DNA of 64,000 bases from the human T2T-CHM13v2.0 reference genome, Homo sapiens, in NCBI RefSeq assembly GCF_009914755.1, contig NC_060939.1. One strand, written 5' to 3'. This document shows, one piece after another, positions 16,414 to 30,139 of this stretch. The stretch's first letter is position 1. Every line of letters begins with the position of its first letter. The notes under the pieces were generated by a model. It made no database searches, was not told where the DNA came from, and was given only the letters and a program-made list of their open reading frames with translations. Position numbers and translations under genes: made by a program.

Positions 16414-16590
16414 TCAGTATTTTCCAAATGTGTCTGAAGATAAGAATAGCCTAAAGTGCCTTTTTAAAATATAGATTCCTGGGCACCATCCCAGAGGTAC
16501 AGAATCAGAATTTCCCAGGGAGAGGAACTTGCATACATGGTAAGTACTTTGGGTGATTCCCATTGTCAGGAAAATCTGAGATATTCCAAA
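16414..16590. mobile_element. MER5-family relic
   Basis: CAGTATTTTCCAAA...TTAAAATATAGATTCCTGGGCACCATCCCAGAG...AGAATCAGAAT. Confidence 0.6.
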
Positions 16591-16599
16591 ATCTAGTGA

Positions 16600-17090
16600 T
16601 TTATCAAGGCTTACTTAATCTACTTCTGTATAGATGCTTCTTAAAAGTTTGCTTTTTAGCTTATGGAATGATTTCTTTAGGATTTATGCCACAAGTATAA
16701 TTACTGGGTCAAATGCAGCAAAATGCTTTCCAACAGGACTATACGAGTTTGCGGGCTATGGGAGAGCACCTGTTTCACTCGCTTCAACAACAACAGCATT
16801 CACAACCTCTCAACCTTTGTTCTTCTTATATAACTATGTATCTACTTGCTTTCATTTGCATTGATATAAGTTCTAAGACTGGACGTTTTCTATGCTTGTA
16901 TACTAAATGTATCTTCTCTTCTGAGAACTTTCTGACCCTGCTTCTTGCCTGTTTTATTCTTGGAGCCTTAATGTGTTTGTTTTCTAATATTATGAACATT
17001 TTATGTATAAGGTAGCAATTCTTTGTTTTTCATGTTTGCTGCAATATGTCCACCCTTGTTGTTGGCCTCTTCGTCTGTATTCTTTTTTGG
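16600..17090 (-). mobile_element. L1ME fragment
   Basis: AGTATAATTACTGGGTCAAA, TTTCATTTGCATT, TCTTCTCTTCTGAGAACTTTCTG antisense L1 motifs. Confidence 0.55.
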
Positions 17091-17219
17091 ACATGCAGAA
17101 CCTACAGAGACACAGACAAACAGACACAGAAACGTGCAGAAACACACAAACGCATCTTTTCCTTTGTCACTCCTGTCACTTCCTTTGTTCCTGTATCCCT
17201 CCGTGGACAGTCTCTAAGT

Positions 17220-17520
17220 GTCAGGCCAGACATCAGGGCTGGAATTATGAACATGGGAGTAGAAATGGCAACACTCAGTGGCATTAAAGGCTAGAGACTG
17301 AAAGATCTCATAGGAAGAAAACCCTAAAAGAGAAGGAGTAAAAAAAAATTGAGACCCAAAAGGACTCCAACATATAGGGATTGGGGCTCAGAAACAGGGG
17401 GAGCCGGCCAAGAAGACTGAGAAAGACTGGCCAGAGAGGTAGGAGAAAAACCAGCAGCCTAGGGTATCATGGAAGTCAAGAGGGGACAGTGTGAGGAAGA
17501 CGGATGTTCCAGAAAGAGTG
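17220..17520 (-). mobile_element. L2 fragment
   Basis: AAGAAGACTGAGAAAGACTGGCCAGAGAGGTAGGAGAAAAACCAG...TCATGGAAGTCAAG. Confidence 0.65.
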
Positions 17521-17609
17521 TGTCTAGGGATAGACAAGCCTTCACTTTCTCTTCTATTTGTTCCACAGGGTTCAGTATTTAATTGTCTGATCCATCTGTA
17601 GTTTTTCTG

Positions 17610-17810
17610 GAGAGACCCTGTTTCTACTAAAAAATTAAAAATGAAAATAAATTAGCCAGACGTGATGGTGCATGTGTGTAGTCCCAGCTACTTGAGAGAC
17701 TGAGGTAAGGGGATTGCTTGAACCCGGGAGGTCGAGGCTGCAGTGAGCTATGATTTGTGCCACTGCCCTTCACCCTGGGCAACAGAGCAAGACCCTGCCT
17801 CAAAAAAAAA
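17610..17810 (+). mobile_element. 5'-truncated AluJ
   Basis: Linker plus right arm GAGGTCGAGGCTGCAGTGAGCTATGA and A tail. Confidence 0.85.
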
Positions 17811-17980
17811 TTGTTGTTTCCCTAATTGTGAAAGGATGCGGTTTCCTGAACAGACACAGCTCTCTCTGCCTTTCTCTCCCATTCTCATCAGATGCTTGAT
17901 CCTCACTTGAGTGCTTGAAATTAAAGTAGAACTGAGGAGAAAAAAATATTGACCATACTCATTTTTTTTACAATAAACCA

Positions 17981-18220
17981 TTTTGGTTTTGTTTTTTGAG
18001 ATAAGGTCTTACTCTGCCACCCAGGCTGGAGTGCAGTGGTGCAATCTCAGCTCACTGCAGCCTCAACCTCCCTGGGCTCAAGTGATCCTCCCACCTCAGT
18101 CCCTGTAGCTGGGACTGCAGGCACACGCCACCACATCCAGCTAATTTTTGTTTTTGTGGTAAAGATGGGGTTTCACCGTGTTACCAAGGCTGGTCTCAAA
18201 CTCCTGGGCTCAAGTGATCT
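17981..18220 (-). mobile_element. AluJ, truncated
   Basis: CTGCAGCCTCAACCTCCCTGGGCTCAAG; ends abruptly against MER1B. Confidence 0.85.
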
Positions 18221-18227
18221 CATCAAT

Positions 18228-19705
18228 CTCAGCGATCTTAGATTCTTATAAGGAACACACAACCTAGATCCCTTAGACGCACAGTTCACAATAGGGCTTG
18301 TGCTCCTATGACAATCTCATGCCACCGCTGATCTAACGGGAGGTGGCGTTCCGATGAATGTTACAGGATCCTTGGGGTGTTGTTTTCCTAGCCAGAAACC
18401 TCTGTGGCCAGTGATGTTTTTACCCAAGTTTTGCTCAGGCCTGCTGGGCCTGGCAGGCTGTACTCAGTTCACACTGCTGGCCTGGGTCCCACGCCTGCCA
18501 AGGGTGAGTCGGGTGTGGAACAGTGAGGGGTGTGTGAGCGAGCATGGGGTCCGGCCACTGCTCAGTCAGACATACTGGTGGCTGCTGTGGGGCAGGCAGC
18601 TACAGGTGCCAGCAGCGCTCTCTGCAAGGTTGTGGCTGGACCAGGTGCACTGCAAGCCACTTCCCTGGCTGGCACTGGGGAATGCAGTGGCACCCAGAAG
18701 CTTGCAGATGCCAGGAACCACAGAACCCCAAAGAGGGAGTCACGGCTCTGGCTCAGGGAGCTCCCAGGTCTGGGATCCCTGAAGGGCTGCAGCTCTTCTC
18801 TCCTTCTCTTCACCCACAATGTGGCAAGCAAGGGGCATGTTTCAGCCCTGTTTGTGTTACAGCAGCTCTTTTAGCCTCACCATTCAGTGGGTCCCGAGTT
18901 CTTGTCCTGCAACATGGAAGAATAAGGTATGTGGACAAGTGGAGGGTGAGCAAGATGAAGAGGAGCTTTACTGAGCAATAGAACAGCTCAAAGAAGACTT
19001 GCAGTGGGCAGCTCCTCTGTAGCTAGGGTGTCCTGACAAGTGTTTAGCTCCTAGCAGAGAGGGTAGCTCCTCTCTGCAGGCTGGTTGTCCTGTCCTCTGT
19101 AGTTCCCTGATGAGAGGTTATCTTCTCTCTGCAGCTGGCTATCCCAGTGTCTCTCCGTCCTTTCCTCTGCTCTGGCTGAGCCCAGGGCTTTTATGGGCCT
19201 CAGAGGGGAGGAAGTATGTACTGATTGGTCCAATGAGTGGCCATGGATGAGCCCAAAAAAGGCAGCACAAGTCCCCACTCTGGTTCACCAGACTGGCAGC
19301 TGGGCCCACAGACTTCAGACCCTCCCTGGCCTGAAGGTGGGGCCTCACCAGGACCCACCTCCTTCTGCCCAGGAACTTGTCTGCCTGCTATGCCTGGGAG
19401 GGCGGGGCTCCCATCTGCAAGAGGCCTGGGTCTGCAGCTGCCATTTGGGCAGCTGAAGTGGCACCCAGGGAGCTCCAGCCCCAACTCGGAAGAGGTGGAG
19501 CTCCCACTTGTCCCTGGTTCCCGCTGGCTTCATGGAGCACACAGCCCCACTTGCGCATTCCTGCTGCAGCCAGTATGATGGCAGCAGACACTCCAGATGA
19601 CCTGCCATTACCATCAGTAATGCTTGCTTACCTGCCACTCATCTCCTGTTCGTAACAGGCCACAGACCTGTACTGGTGCATGGCCTGGGGGCTGGGGAGC
19701 CCAGC
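18228..19705. mobile_element. MER1B (hAT-Charlie) split by the MER52 LTR (pieces 18228-18358 and 19617-19705)
   Basis: TTAGATTCTTATAAGGA...CAACCTAGATCCCT...CAGTTCACAATAGGG; resumes GTAATGCTTGCT...TAACAGGCCACAGACC...GGGGCTGGGGAGCCC. Confidence 0.75.
18359..19616 (-). mobile_element. MER52-family ERV1 solo LTR (about 1.26 kb)
   Basis: TG...CA termini (TGTTACAGGATCCTTGGGG ... GCCATTACCATCA); GC-rich MER52-type body; CTGATTGGTCC box near 19221. Confidence 0.8.
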
Positions 19706-20297
19706 TTTAAGGAACATCTCTGATCATGACATGGGCTTAGGGAGACACAGACCTGAGGTGAGGGAGAAGGTCTGACAGGCATTTGATTCAGGTGGCCCCA
19801 TGGCTTTTTGAGTAGATATGTTCTGCTTTCTTAAATGAGAGACTTCTCTAGGGACGGCTTCTCTCTTGGTGGAAAGAACAGGACTCTATCGCCACGCCAG
19901 GTGGCTGTCACAATGTGAGACTCTTCTTCTGTGCCCTGAGCTCAGACTTAGCAAGGCCAACAGATTTTGGTCAGTTTTGGGGTTTAATCACCCAACAAAT
20001 GAAGCAAGTATATACCTAGGGACACCAAAAAATTCTCATAAAATAGTCGGATACTATTTTAGAAAAACGTAGTTATCATGGAGGGAATTAGAACTCTGTT
20101 GGACTTGCTTTCACTCAGTTTTGAGTTCAACAATGTTTAATATTTTGGATTATACAGAGGGGTGGCTGGGGAAGGTACACTGTAATGTTTTCAGTATTCA
20201 GGACCTCTAAATATATTTTCCCTGCCTTGGTTAGAGCTCATGTTTCTGAAGAGGTCTTGCTCTGCTCCTCTGCCATGGTATGGAAGTAAGAATTTGA

Positions 20298-20470
20298 GAC
20301 CAGGCACTGTAATCCCAGTGCTTCGGGAGGCCAAGGCAGGAGGATCACATGAGCCCAGGAATTTGAGGCTGCAGTGAGCTATGATCATGCCACTGACTCC
20401 AGCCTGGGCAACAGAGCTCGAGACCCTGTCTCTAAAAAAAAAATTTTAATTAAATTAAATTAAATTTAAA
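20298..20470 (+). mobile_element. Monomeric Alu (FRAM/FAM-like or arm-recombinant)
   Basis: Single arm plus AT tail flanked by a 14-bp TSD AAGTAAGAATTTGA. Confidence 0.85.
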
Positions 20471-20661
20471 AAGTAAGAATTTGAATTTAAGGCTTCAGCT
20501 AATATCCTAGCTTTGCTCAGGGGATCGATAATATGTACTTTGTAGGATTTGAAGTAATCTAGGTAAGTAAAGCTTAACAATCGACATGCAGAAGCTACTC
20601 AAACAATGAAAGCTGGGTTCAATTATCACTAAATAACTAGGCCTGTAGTCTTCTTCCATTT

Positions 20662-20982
20662 CAGGGGTCAGCAAAGTCTTTCTGTAAAAGACCAGATAGT
20701 AAAATTTTTCAGCTTTTCAGGCCATATGATCTCCCTGTTACAATTCCTCAACTCTGCTGGTATAGTGCAGAAGCTGCCGTAGACAATACATATGCACAAC
20801 TGAATGTGGCTGTGTTCCAATAAAACTTTATTTATAGATCTGGAGACTTGAATTTCATGTAAGTTTCACATTTCCCCCCACCAACCATTTAAAAATGTAA
20901 AACCCATTATTTAGATCATGGGACATATAAAAACAAGCAGTGGAATAGATTTGGCTTGAAGGCTGTTGTTTGCCACCCTCTG
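20662..20982 (+). mobile_element. MER58B (hAT-Charlie)
   Basis: CAGGGGTCAGCAAA...TGTGGCTGTGTTCCAATAAAACTTTATTTA...TTTGCCACCCTCTG; 8-bp TSD TTCCATTT/TTCCATGC. Confidence 0.85.
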
Positions 20983-21021
20983 TTCCATGCTAAAATCAGC
21001 TCTTCCTTACCAAAGGCAATT

Positions 21022-21027
<6 letters not shown>

Positions 21028-21055
<28 letters not shown>

Positions 21056-21321
21056 GAGACAGAATCTCACTGTTTCCCAGGCTGAAGTACAGTGGTGCTA
21101 TCTTGGCGCACTGCAGTCTCGACCTCCCAGGCTCAAGTGATCCTCCCACCTCAGTCTCTGAGTAGCTGGAACTATAGGCATGCACCACCACACCCGGCTA
21201 ATTTTTTTGTAGAGTTTTGCCATATTGCCCAGGCTGGTCTTGAACTCTTGAGTTCAAGCAATCCTCCCACCTTGGCCTTCCAAAATGCTGGGATTAAAGG
21301 TGTGAGCTACTGTGCCTGGCC
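21028..21321 (-). mobile_element. AluJ
   Basis: Full antisense Alu with J diagnostics. Confidence 0.9.
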
Positions 21322-22139
21322 TTTTTCACTCTTATAAAATATAAATTAAATACCAGAGTCTTTTCATTTTTAGAACCGTGGGGACAGTCGAGTGCCCAGA
21401 AGTGCAATTGTTAATTTATTTGTGCTACCACTATCCCACATCTATGGAATATTGTTTTGATTGAGTTCCTCTGGCCCCATGGGACACTAGAAGCAGTTTG
21501 TGGGGAGAAAGGGAACACTGCCTTTTGATTTCCCAGTGTACGTGCCCAAATGGAAGCACAGAGTTTCAAAGGCTGGCTTCTCTGCTTGCCAACTGTGTGG
21601 TGCTGGACCAGCATCTCAGTGTCCAAGTCAGCCATGCTGAGGCTCCCATCTCACCAGGTTGTTGCGAGGACTCAGTGAGACATGGCCCGTTCCATACCCA
21701 GCCCATGGCAGAGCTTCACACGCGCAGCAGAGACTATCCTGGGCATCCAGAGCAAACACTGCACGCGTGGTTTCTGGGTGTGCTGGCCCCTGGAGAAGGG
21801 CTCAGGGCTGGGAGGACTCAAGGATATCTTCAGCCCACGCAGAGAGGGAGTGTGATTAGCTAAAGTGCTTTTCTGGCTTCCATGCAGCAGGTAGCAGGTT
21901 CTTATCTCCAACTCCTGAGTAGAGTTGCACAAAAAACTCCAGTCTAACCAGCCAGCTCTTACCCATTAGTTCCTGAAAAGTCCCTGCTTCTCCCCAGCCA
22001 CAGGAAAGAGACAATTTTGGGAGGAAAATCTTTCAGCTGCCTGAAAGAGTTCAACCCTCTTTGAGGCAGCTGTTCTCATGTCTGCAGGTTGACTTCCGCA
22101 TCTCACCTAGAGCGCACAGATGTTTGCACAGTTGCCAGA

Positions 22140-23225
22140 GTTCATTTACTATTATATCTACACATAAACATTATCCCATGTTATGACATGGTTGTCACAT
22201 GTGCCAGTGTTGGTGGTAGCATACTACTTCTCTGAATAGCTTTATCATTGTTGTCTTAACATTTCCCTACTGTTGAACATTAGATTGGGTTTTTTTAGTG
22301 TCAAATGCAACACAGTGATACTATCTTTGTGCCCGTAGCCTTTTTATTCTGCTGAACTATTTCTTTCCTTTGGATGGACTCTAAGGAGTACTGCAGTGAG
22401 ATCAGGCAGGGGGTGTCCCCCTGGCCCTCCTTGGGCTGCGTCCCTCCCACCTGGTGAGGAGTCTGCAGGCCAAGGGAACATGCCCACTGCAAATCCACAT
22501 CCTCCCTTTTAGACCATTCTCCAGGTGCCTAGGACTCCCAGAAGTCCCTGCCCACTGGCCCCATGCTCATCTCCAGGGCCTGCCCAGCCCTGGTCCCTGA
22601 GTCTCTCCTCCTGAGATCCAATCACACCACCAGTAGACACACCCGGATCTGAGGAGTGGCCACAGGCAGGGGGTAGTGGACAGAGTTTGGACGCATGGGC
22701 TAGGCTGTCTACTCACATTCACATGAGGCCCCCTCAGTGCTGGACAGACTTAGGAATTGGAAAGACAGTGGGTCTGGGGGCTAGCAACTGGCTCTCCCCA
22801 TGCCGTCATGTTCCAACACAGGATGCAGAGGCATCTGAGAATTTTTAACTTGAGCCCTTCCAGGTGGTGGTGACAGTATATTTGCCAAGGCAGGAGGCTA
22901 GAACATATTTTCATTTAACAGTTTGTAACCTGATTTCTAACTTTAAACTACTTATACATATGGTATGTGAGGCTCCATTTATACCCTTGCCTGGAACCCT
23001 GCAAATCATTAAGAGGAGGTCTGGGCGAAAGGTTGTGACCATTTCTGCAGTCTCTTGCTGTGTCTATATTGCTACGTTGCTTTTCCAAATAGCTGTACTG
23101 GTTTACAGTTTATGAATGTACCGGTTTCAGCACACTCTGTCAGGCACTGGGGATCACAGTTGTTGCCGATTCAGTAGGTGTGAAATCATTTGCCAACATT
23201 GTTTGACTCTGCATTTCTTTGATCA
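22140..23225 (-). mobile_element. L1ME fragment split by MER115
   Basis: TTCCCTACTGTTGAACATTAGATTG...TTTCCTTTGGA | resumes AAAGGTTGTGACCATTT...TTTTCCAAA...TGCATTTCTTTGAT. Confidence 0.55.
22386..23023 (-). mobile_element. MER115, full length
   Basis: Reverse complement of the copies at 2165 and 11861 (TTTAACAGTTTGTAACCTGATTTCTAACTTTAAA...CATATGGTATGTGAGGCTCCATTT). Confidence 0.7.
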
Positions 23226-23234
23226 CCTGCAAGA

Positions 23235-23490
23235 ATAATAAAAGCTACTTTTATTGAGCTCTTACTATGTATCAGGCAATCAGGCACTATGATAAGGCAC
23301 TTTGCCAGTATTTTCTCATTTACTCTTCCCAGGAACCCCTTGAAGTATATATAATTAGGATTCCTATTTTAGAGATTGGAACACAGAGCTTGAAGGAATA
23401 AAGAAATTTGCCCAACATTGCAGTTAGCAATTGGGGCAGCCAGGATGAGAAACCAGGTACGTCCGACTCCAAAATCTGTGATTTTCAGTT
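23235..23490 (-). mobile_element. MIR
   Basis: TTATTGAGCTCTTACTATGT...ATTCCTATTTTAGAGATTGGAACACAGAG. Confidence 0.65.
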
Positions 23491-23549
23491 ATGTTACACA
23501 TGTCTTGCATGTATCTATGTCCTAAATGTACTTACTTTTTGGTGATTGA

Positions 23550-23724
23550 CTTTTTAAAAATTATTTTAAACTTTTAATTTTGGAATAATTTTAGATTTAC
23601 AGAAGAGTTACAAAGATGGCATATATGATTCTTGTATACCCTTTATCCAGCATTGCCTACTAGTAACATCTTACACAATCATGGTACATTTGTCAAAACT
23701 AAGAAATTGTTATTGATATAATAC
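23550..23724 (-). mobile_element. L1M (MB/MC) 3' end
   Basis: TTTTGGAATAATTTTAGATTTACAGAAGAGTTACAAAGAT...CATGGTACATTTGTCAAAACTAAGAAATT. Confidence 0.7.
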
Positions 23725-24036
<312 letters not shown>

Positions 24037-24610
24037 TCAGACCATTTTAAACAAAACAAAGAGGGTCTCAAAATTCTCACCAACTAAAGTCACCCAGTCC
24101 CATTAGTATTCAGATCTAGCTCCAAAGTCATCCCAGCTGATCAGCACTCAGAGCCTCACTAGCTATAAATTCATTCACAACATTGACCACGTGAAATTGG
24201 TTCGCAAATTTTCATCTCAGAAACTGCATTGCACTCCTGAGTGACAGTCGCAAAGTTCCACTTCTCCAGCAGGAGACCCTCAACAACGCTCTACCGCCTT
24301 GAACCTGTGAGGGAAACTGTCTTCCCACACCATTCCCCTGAGCAAGCACAGAAAACAGAAAGCCAGGGAAGAAAGGGAAGAACCAGTCTAGGAGCATCTG
24401 GGCATCTGGATGGAAAGGGAACCCGAAGCCCCAAGAGAGCAAAGGAACTCCTCTGAAGTGAAAAGACTACACAAGGACCCATCTTCTATCTGGTCATCAA
24501 ATACACGTCCACCTTCAGTGTCCAGCAGGAACGACAGACCGAACCCTTACTTCCCTTACCTGATGTCATGCTCACCTCCCTGTGCCTGAGCTCTTAGAAA
24601 TTTGAAATGT

Positions 24611-24932
<322 letters not shown>

Positions 24933-25127
24933 TCAGAATTCTCACCTGTTTAGAGCTAGCTATGCAGCTGTTTAAGATGTGGCCAAAGCTGCAAGTGAGT
25001 AAAAAGGTTTCTGAGCAGCCAAGATATTAATAAATGATATATAATTCATCCACTGAAGCTTAATACCCATATTCAAAGGCGAGCCTCCCAACCTCTCTCC
25101 CAGAGCCCATGCACTTTTGCATAACAG

Positions 25128-25394
<267 letters not shown>

Positions 25395-25479
25395 CCTTTT
25401 TAATTTTTTAATTATTATGGGCATATAATAGGTGTATATATTTATGGGGTACATTTGATTGTTTCCTTTGCTGTTCAGA

Positions 25480-25815
25480 AGCTTTAGAAACCTATCTTTT
25501 TGCTTCACCATTCTTATAGCATGTGGCTTTCATCTTCAAAGTCAACTCATAATCACAAAATGGCTGCTGAAATACAAGTCATCACATGTAAATTCCAGTC
25601 AGCAGGCAGGAGGAAAGGGAAACAGCAAAAAGGCATTCTTCTCAATCCCTTTCAAACAGCTCTAACAGCGCTTTAATCAATTTTGCTTACATCTCATTTG
25701 CCATCTCTCTGTGCAAGAAGAATGGGAAATGTAGCTTATTACTTCAAACCCCAACAATACAGAGGTTCTGTTGGTAAAGAAGAAAAGAAGAGGTATTGGG
25801 AAGGCAACTACTACA
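25480..25815 (-). mobile_element. Old MaLR LTR (MLT1J/K-like)
   Basis: CACAAAATGGCTGCTG...CATCACAT...TTCCAG..AGCAGG...GGGAAATGTAG...TATTGGGAAGGCAACTA. Confidence 0.55.
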
Positions 25816-26869
25816 ACCAGGCACCATGGATGATGTAGAGTTATGTAAGACACAGCTCTGCCTTCAAGGAGCTCAGGCTTTAGGGAGAATACTTTCCTCC
25901 CAGATGGTTAAAATAACAATGATGTCTCAAGACACGCACTTTCATCTAAATGAAGAGACTCGGTAATTTAGTGCAGCTCTTTCCCAGAAGGTTCATGACT
26001 GCTGAGACTTTTGCTGAGTTTGCTTTGTTTGTTTGTTTTATTTCCATCAGAATCACATTTCTGTCTATGGAATCTGCCCAGGCGCTGCTCCCATCCAGCA
26101 GCACGTACACTCCTCATAACTCTGGGGTAGGAAATGGGAGAGTGTCTTGCTGATAGCAAGTATCTACAGCAGTTCTCAGCCAGATTTCCCTGAAAGACAA
26201 ATGGCATGCAGAGGCAGAAGGCATTGTATTCCTGTCTGTCTGCCCCACCGCCCCGCCCCATAGGCTTATCCTAATCTTAGTTAGGTTGTGAGCATCCATG
26301 GCTGTGTCTCTTCTTTTGTGGCAACTTTATAAGGAGAAGAATCCTCCATGAGGGGTGTAAACCCTCTGAATGTGCATTATGTGGCTCCAACTCCACACAC
26401 ACAAGAGACGCATTTTTCTCTCTCTGCCATTTTGAGTAAATTTGAGGTTTCCTTAGATAAGGTGAATGTGTTACACTTTGATGGTTTTCTGTCTCAGAGG
26501 AAAGGGATGGATTTTAAGCTGGTTTCTCCTATTTCTGTCTTGGCCAGGGGTAGGAATTTCCCTTGAGTAAGACAGGAATAGAGGAAACCAGCTTAGACTC
26601 CAACCCAAACCACCTGAACAGGGGGTGAACACCTCACTTCTGGCACATTGTACCCCTGCCATCCACCTGTGCCACCTGCCCCTGATTCATCAGGGCCATC
26701 CTGTAGGTTCAGTGATAGGTGGCCCTGGAGAAAGAGTAGAGCACCACAGACTGCCTGGGGCGCATCAGTGAGAAGTGGGACCTGGGGACACAGGAGGAAC
26801 ATGAGCAGAGTCCAACCAGACACCCACACAACTTTGAGAATGAATCACACATCATTGCAGGTGCATCTG

Positions 26870-27440
26870 ACCCATTTTTCATTCATTCATCTTTTACTGA
26901 GAGCGTTCCTGCTGGGCAGCAGATCAGGCATTAGACAATCAAAGTCCCTGCCTTTGTGGAGAGAGGAAGAAGTTACAAGGAGAGCGTGGTGCCCAGCTCA
27001 GTCCCTCATGCCTGTAACCCCAGTACTAGGGGAGGCCAAGGCGGGAGGATCGCTTGAGCCCAGGAGTTTAAGACCAGCCTGGACAACATAGCAAGACCCC
27101 TTCTCTGAAAAAAAAAATTTTTAATTAGCCAGGCGTGATGATGCATGCCTGTGGTCCCAACTGCTTGGGAGGCTGAGGTGGAAAGATCACTTCAGCCCAG
27201 GAGATCAAGGCTGCAGTGAGCTATGATCGCACCACTGGACTCCAGCCTGAGTGACAGAGCACAATCCTGTGTGGAAAAAAGAAAAAAAAAAGAGAGAGAG
27301 CTTGGTGGGAGCTCAAGGAGAAGCCCCACACTCAGACTGATGGTCACAGAAGCCTTTCTGGAAGAGATCTCCCAAACTGGGTTCTGAAGAATGGATGAGT
27401 CAAGCAGAGAAGGGAGAGAGGCAGAGGTTTTGTGGGTCAG
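26870..27440 (-). mobile_element. L2 3' part split by an Alu
   Basis: TTCATTCATTCATC..TTTACTGAG...; GAAGCCTTTCTGGAAGAG...CTGGGTTCTGAAGAATG. Confidence 0.6.
26991..27290 (+). mobile_element. AluJ
   Basis: GGAGGATCGCTTGAGCCCAGGAG; TSD-like GAGAGC(G/T)TGGT. Confidence 0.9.
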
Positions 27441-27719
27441 TTAGATTGGAGTCACGCCTCCAACCAGCTGAGAATATATGGATCTGGTCAGGAGAGAGTT
27501 GGGGAAATGTACCAAATCCTACCTTCCTTTGCTGCACCCCATAGCTCTGCGGACAAAATGTGGTTGTCCCTGCAGTAAATACACATAAGTTTCCACTCAT
27601 GAGCAGAAAGTGCCATAAGAAAGAATGAGAAGCCTTAAAAAGACAGGGGGGCATTATCTTTGGAGGTTTTCTTATCACTTACAGCAGGGAAACAAATCAT
27701 TTTCATAGGCACCTCTTCA

Positions 27720-28100
27720 GGAAACCCTGATAGGTACTACCTGTATTTGACTCATAATAAATCAGAGGACAGGAGAGGGAAAGTGACTTTCTCAAGGTGA
27801 CCCAGCCAAGTACTGACGAAGATGGGGCCAGGTTCTGGTTTTCCAATTCATGGGTCAGGCCCAACAAGGGAGTTTAACCTAGTGGTTAGTTAGTACATGG
27901 ACTACGGAGTCAAGCGAATCCAGGCTTGAATCTCAGCTCTACTACTTACTGATCTCTCTGAGCCTCAGTCTTGTCTGCAAATTTGGGATAATGATTCCAC
28001 CTTCACGCAGGGATGCTGTGAGGCTTGAGTGAGATAATACAAGTCTATAACACACTTCAGACTGTGCCTGGCATTTCAAACTATTCCATTATTGTTGTTG
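27720..28100. mobile_element. Two MIRs in opposite orientation (about 27720-27850 minus; 27880-28100 plus)
   Basis: AAGTGACTTTCTCAAGGTGACCCAGC (minus); GAATCTCAGCTCTACTACTTACT..CTCTGAGCCTCAGT (plus). Confidence 0.6.
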
Positions 28101-29165
28101 TTATTCAGTAACACACCTGGAGGGGGCCCTGTTGAACAGCTAATCTTAGGAACACAGCATGAGGACTGGGAGTTCGAGGGAGGGCCAGTCAATGGAGTGC
28201 AGACTGTGGACTGGCTTGTTTTTTTTTAACCCCGAGCATCAGAAAAGCTGAGTTCATCCTCCCTCCAAAACTGAATGCAAACCAAGTCCTGGTCCACAAC
28301 TGGGGGTTGAGGGAGAATTTAAACCACCCTCTGGTGGGCCTGACTGGTACTTGTGCCAGCGTAAGACACCCATGGTGGATACAAGCCGGGCTGCTGGGTT
28401 TCGGACCCTCTGGGCTCAGTGACTCGGGACACACTTCCCAGCCCTGCTCTTCCTCCTCCCTTTCAGCACAATCCAGCCCCTCCAGGGATCAGACTCTGTG
28501 GCCCAGGAGTGGGGCAGCTTTTGGCAGGAGATCAGAGCCGTGGCCTCAGGCAGGGACGTGGACAGGAGCAGGCAGGAGGGGTCCCAGCCATGGGCGAGTG
28601 AGGTGGGAGGGAGGGTGAGAGACATCTCTCTGGGCTCTGCAGAGCCAGTGCCCAGGCAGGCCGAAGGTCTGACTCAGCCTGGCTCCTTCTTCTGGGCCCT
28701 CATCACATGTTTGTGGTCTGGACCACAGGCCCCAGCGACGACAGTGTTTGACCATGAACTACACAGCAGACAAGTCGTCCATTCCATTTCTGGTAGAGTC
28801 CTGTAGGATTTCTTGAAATCTTGTTCATGTGGTTGCTATGGACCAGACACTCTTTCAGTTCTAAAATTCAAAAGTAGCTTTTTCTTTAGAAAAAAAAAAA
28901 CCGCCACAATTCAAAGTGAAATTTGTTTCTATAAAAAGGAAAAACAAATAGTGCCTTTTTAAAAAACCATAGCCCAAACTGGAACACTGAAATATGAGAC
29001 TGATATGTAAATATGCATACCCTCTCATAAAAATAGGGTGGTTTTGGTTTATTTACTTTTCCCCCTTCATTTGTTGAATGTCATTGAAAATCCACCAAGA
29101 GCCATCCTGTAATGAGGAGAGTGAACGCAACACTATTCACACCTCTCCCTGTTTACAGCAGATAA

Positions 29166-29467
<302 letters not shown>

Positions 29468-30101
29468 AGCAGACAATTTTTAATCCAGGGAATGGATATC
29501 GAGCTGCTTACAGGGGCATGGTTTGTTGTTGCAAAAATTATCCAGTTACCCATTCTTTATTCTCTGGTAGGGAGGTGAATTTCCAAAGTCCCAAACAGCT
29601 GAAGTGGCCTGAGGGAGACAGTGCTCCAGGATCTACCAGAGGGTTTTGAACGAGGCGCACATGGGGAAGACTTGGAGGTCTGTATCCTCCTCAAAGAGGC
29701 CCTGTGATCGTTCTTGCCCCAGGTGGAGACTGGGAACTGCCCCCTCAAAGGCGAGGCAACTGCATTGCATGGGGTTCAGGTGCTGTTCCCTGCTTCTTCT
29801 CTGTGTGGTTCTGACCTGGTTATTTAACATTTCTGAGTCTCTGTCAAATGAGAATATTGCTATCCACTCAAAGGTGTGCTGCAAGGAATAAATGAAAACA
29901 TGCTTTTGCAGCCAAGGAGGAATGTGGACACTCACTGGGTTACCCATGGAGAGGAGTCAATATTCTTGGCCCTCTGGTAGTTGGGACATTCACGTTTTTT
30001 AAATCTCAAACAGATTTGAAAACAGGAGCAAGAATAACCAAGAGCAGGGGTGAAATGAAGAAAAGGGAGTATCTTGTCATGCTACCAAGAAAGAAAGTGA
30101 C

Positions 30102-30102
<1 letters not shown>

Positions 30103-30135
<33 letters not shown>
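30103..30135. repeat. (AC)n(AG)n microsatellite
   Basis: Read directly. Confidence 0.9.

Positions 30136-30139
<4 letters not shown>

Noticed and set aside
18354-19655. Cluster of 90-145-aa ORFs on both strands
   Set aside because: Inside the GC-rich MER52 LTR; no gag/pol/env similarity visible
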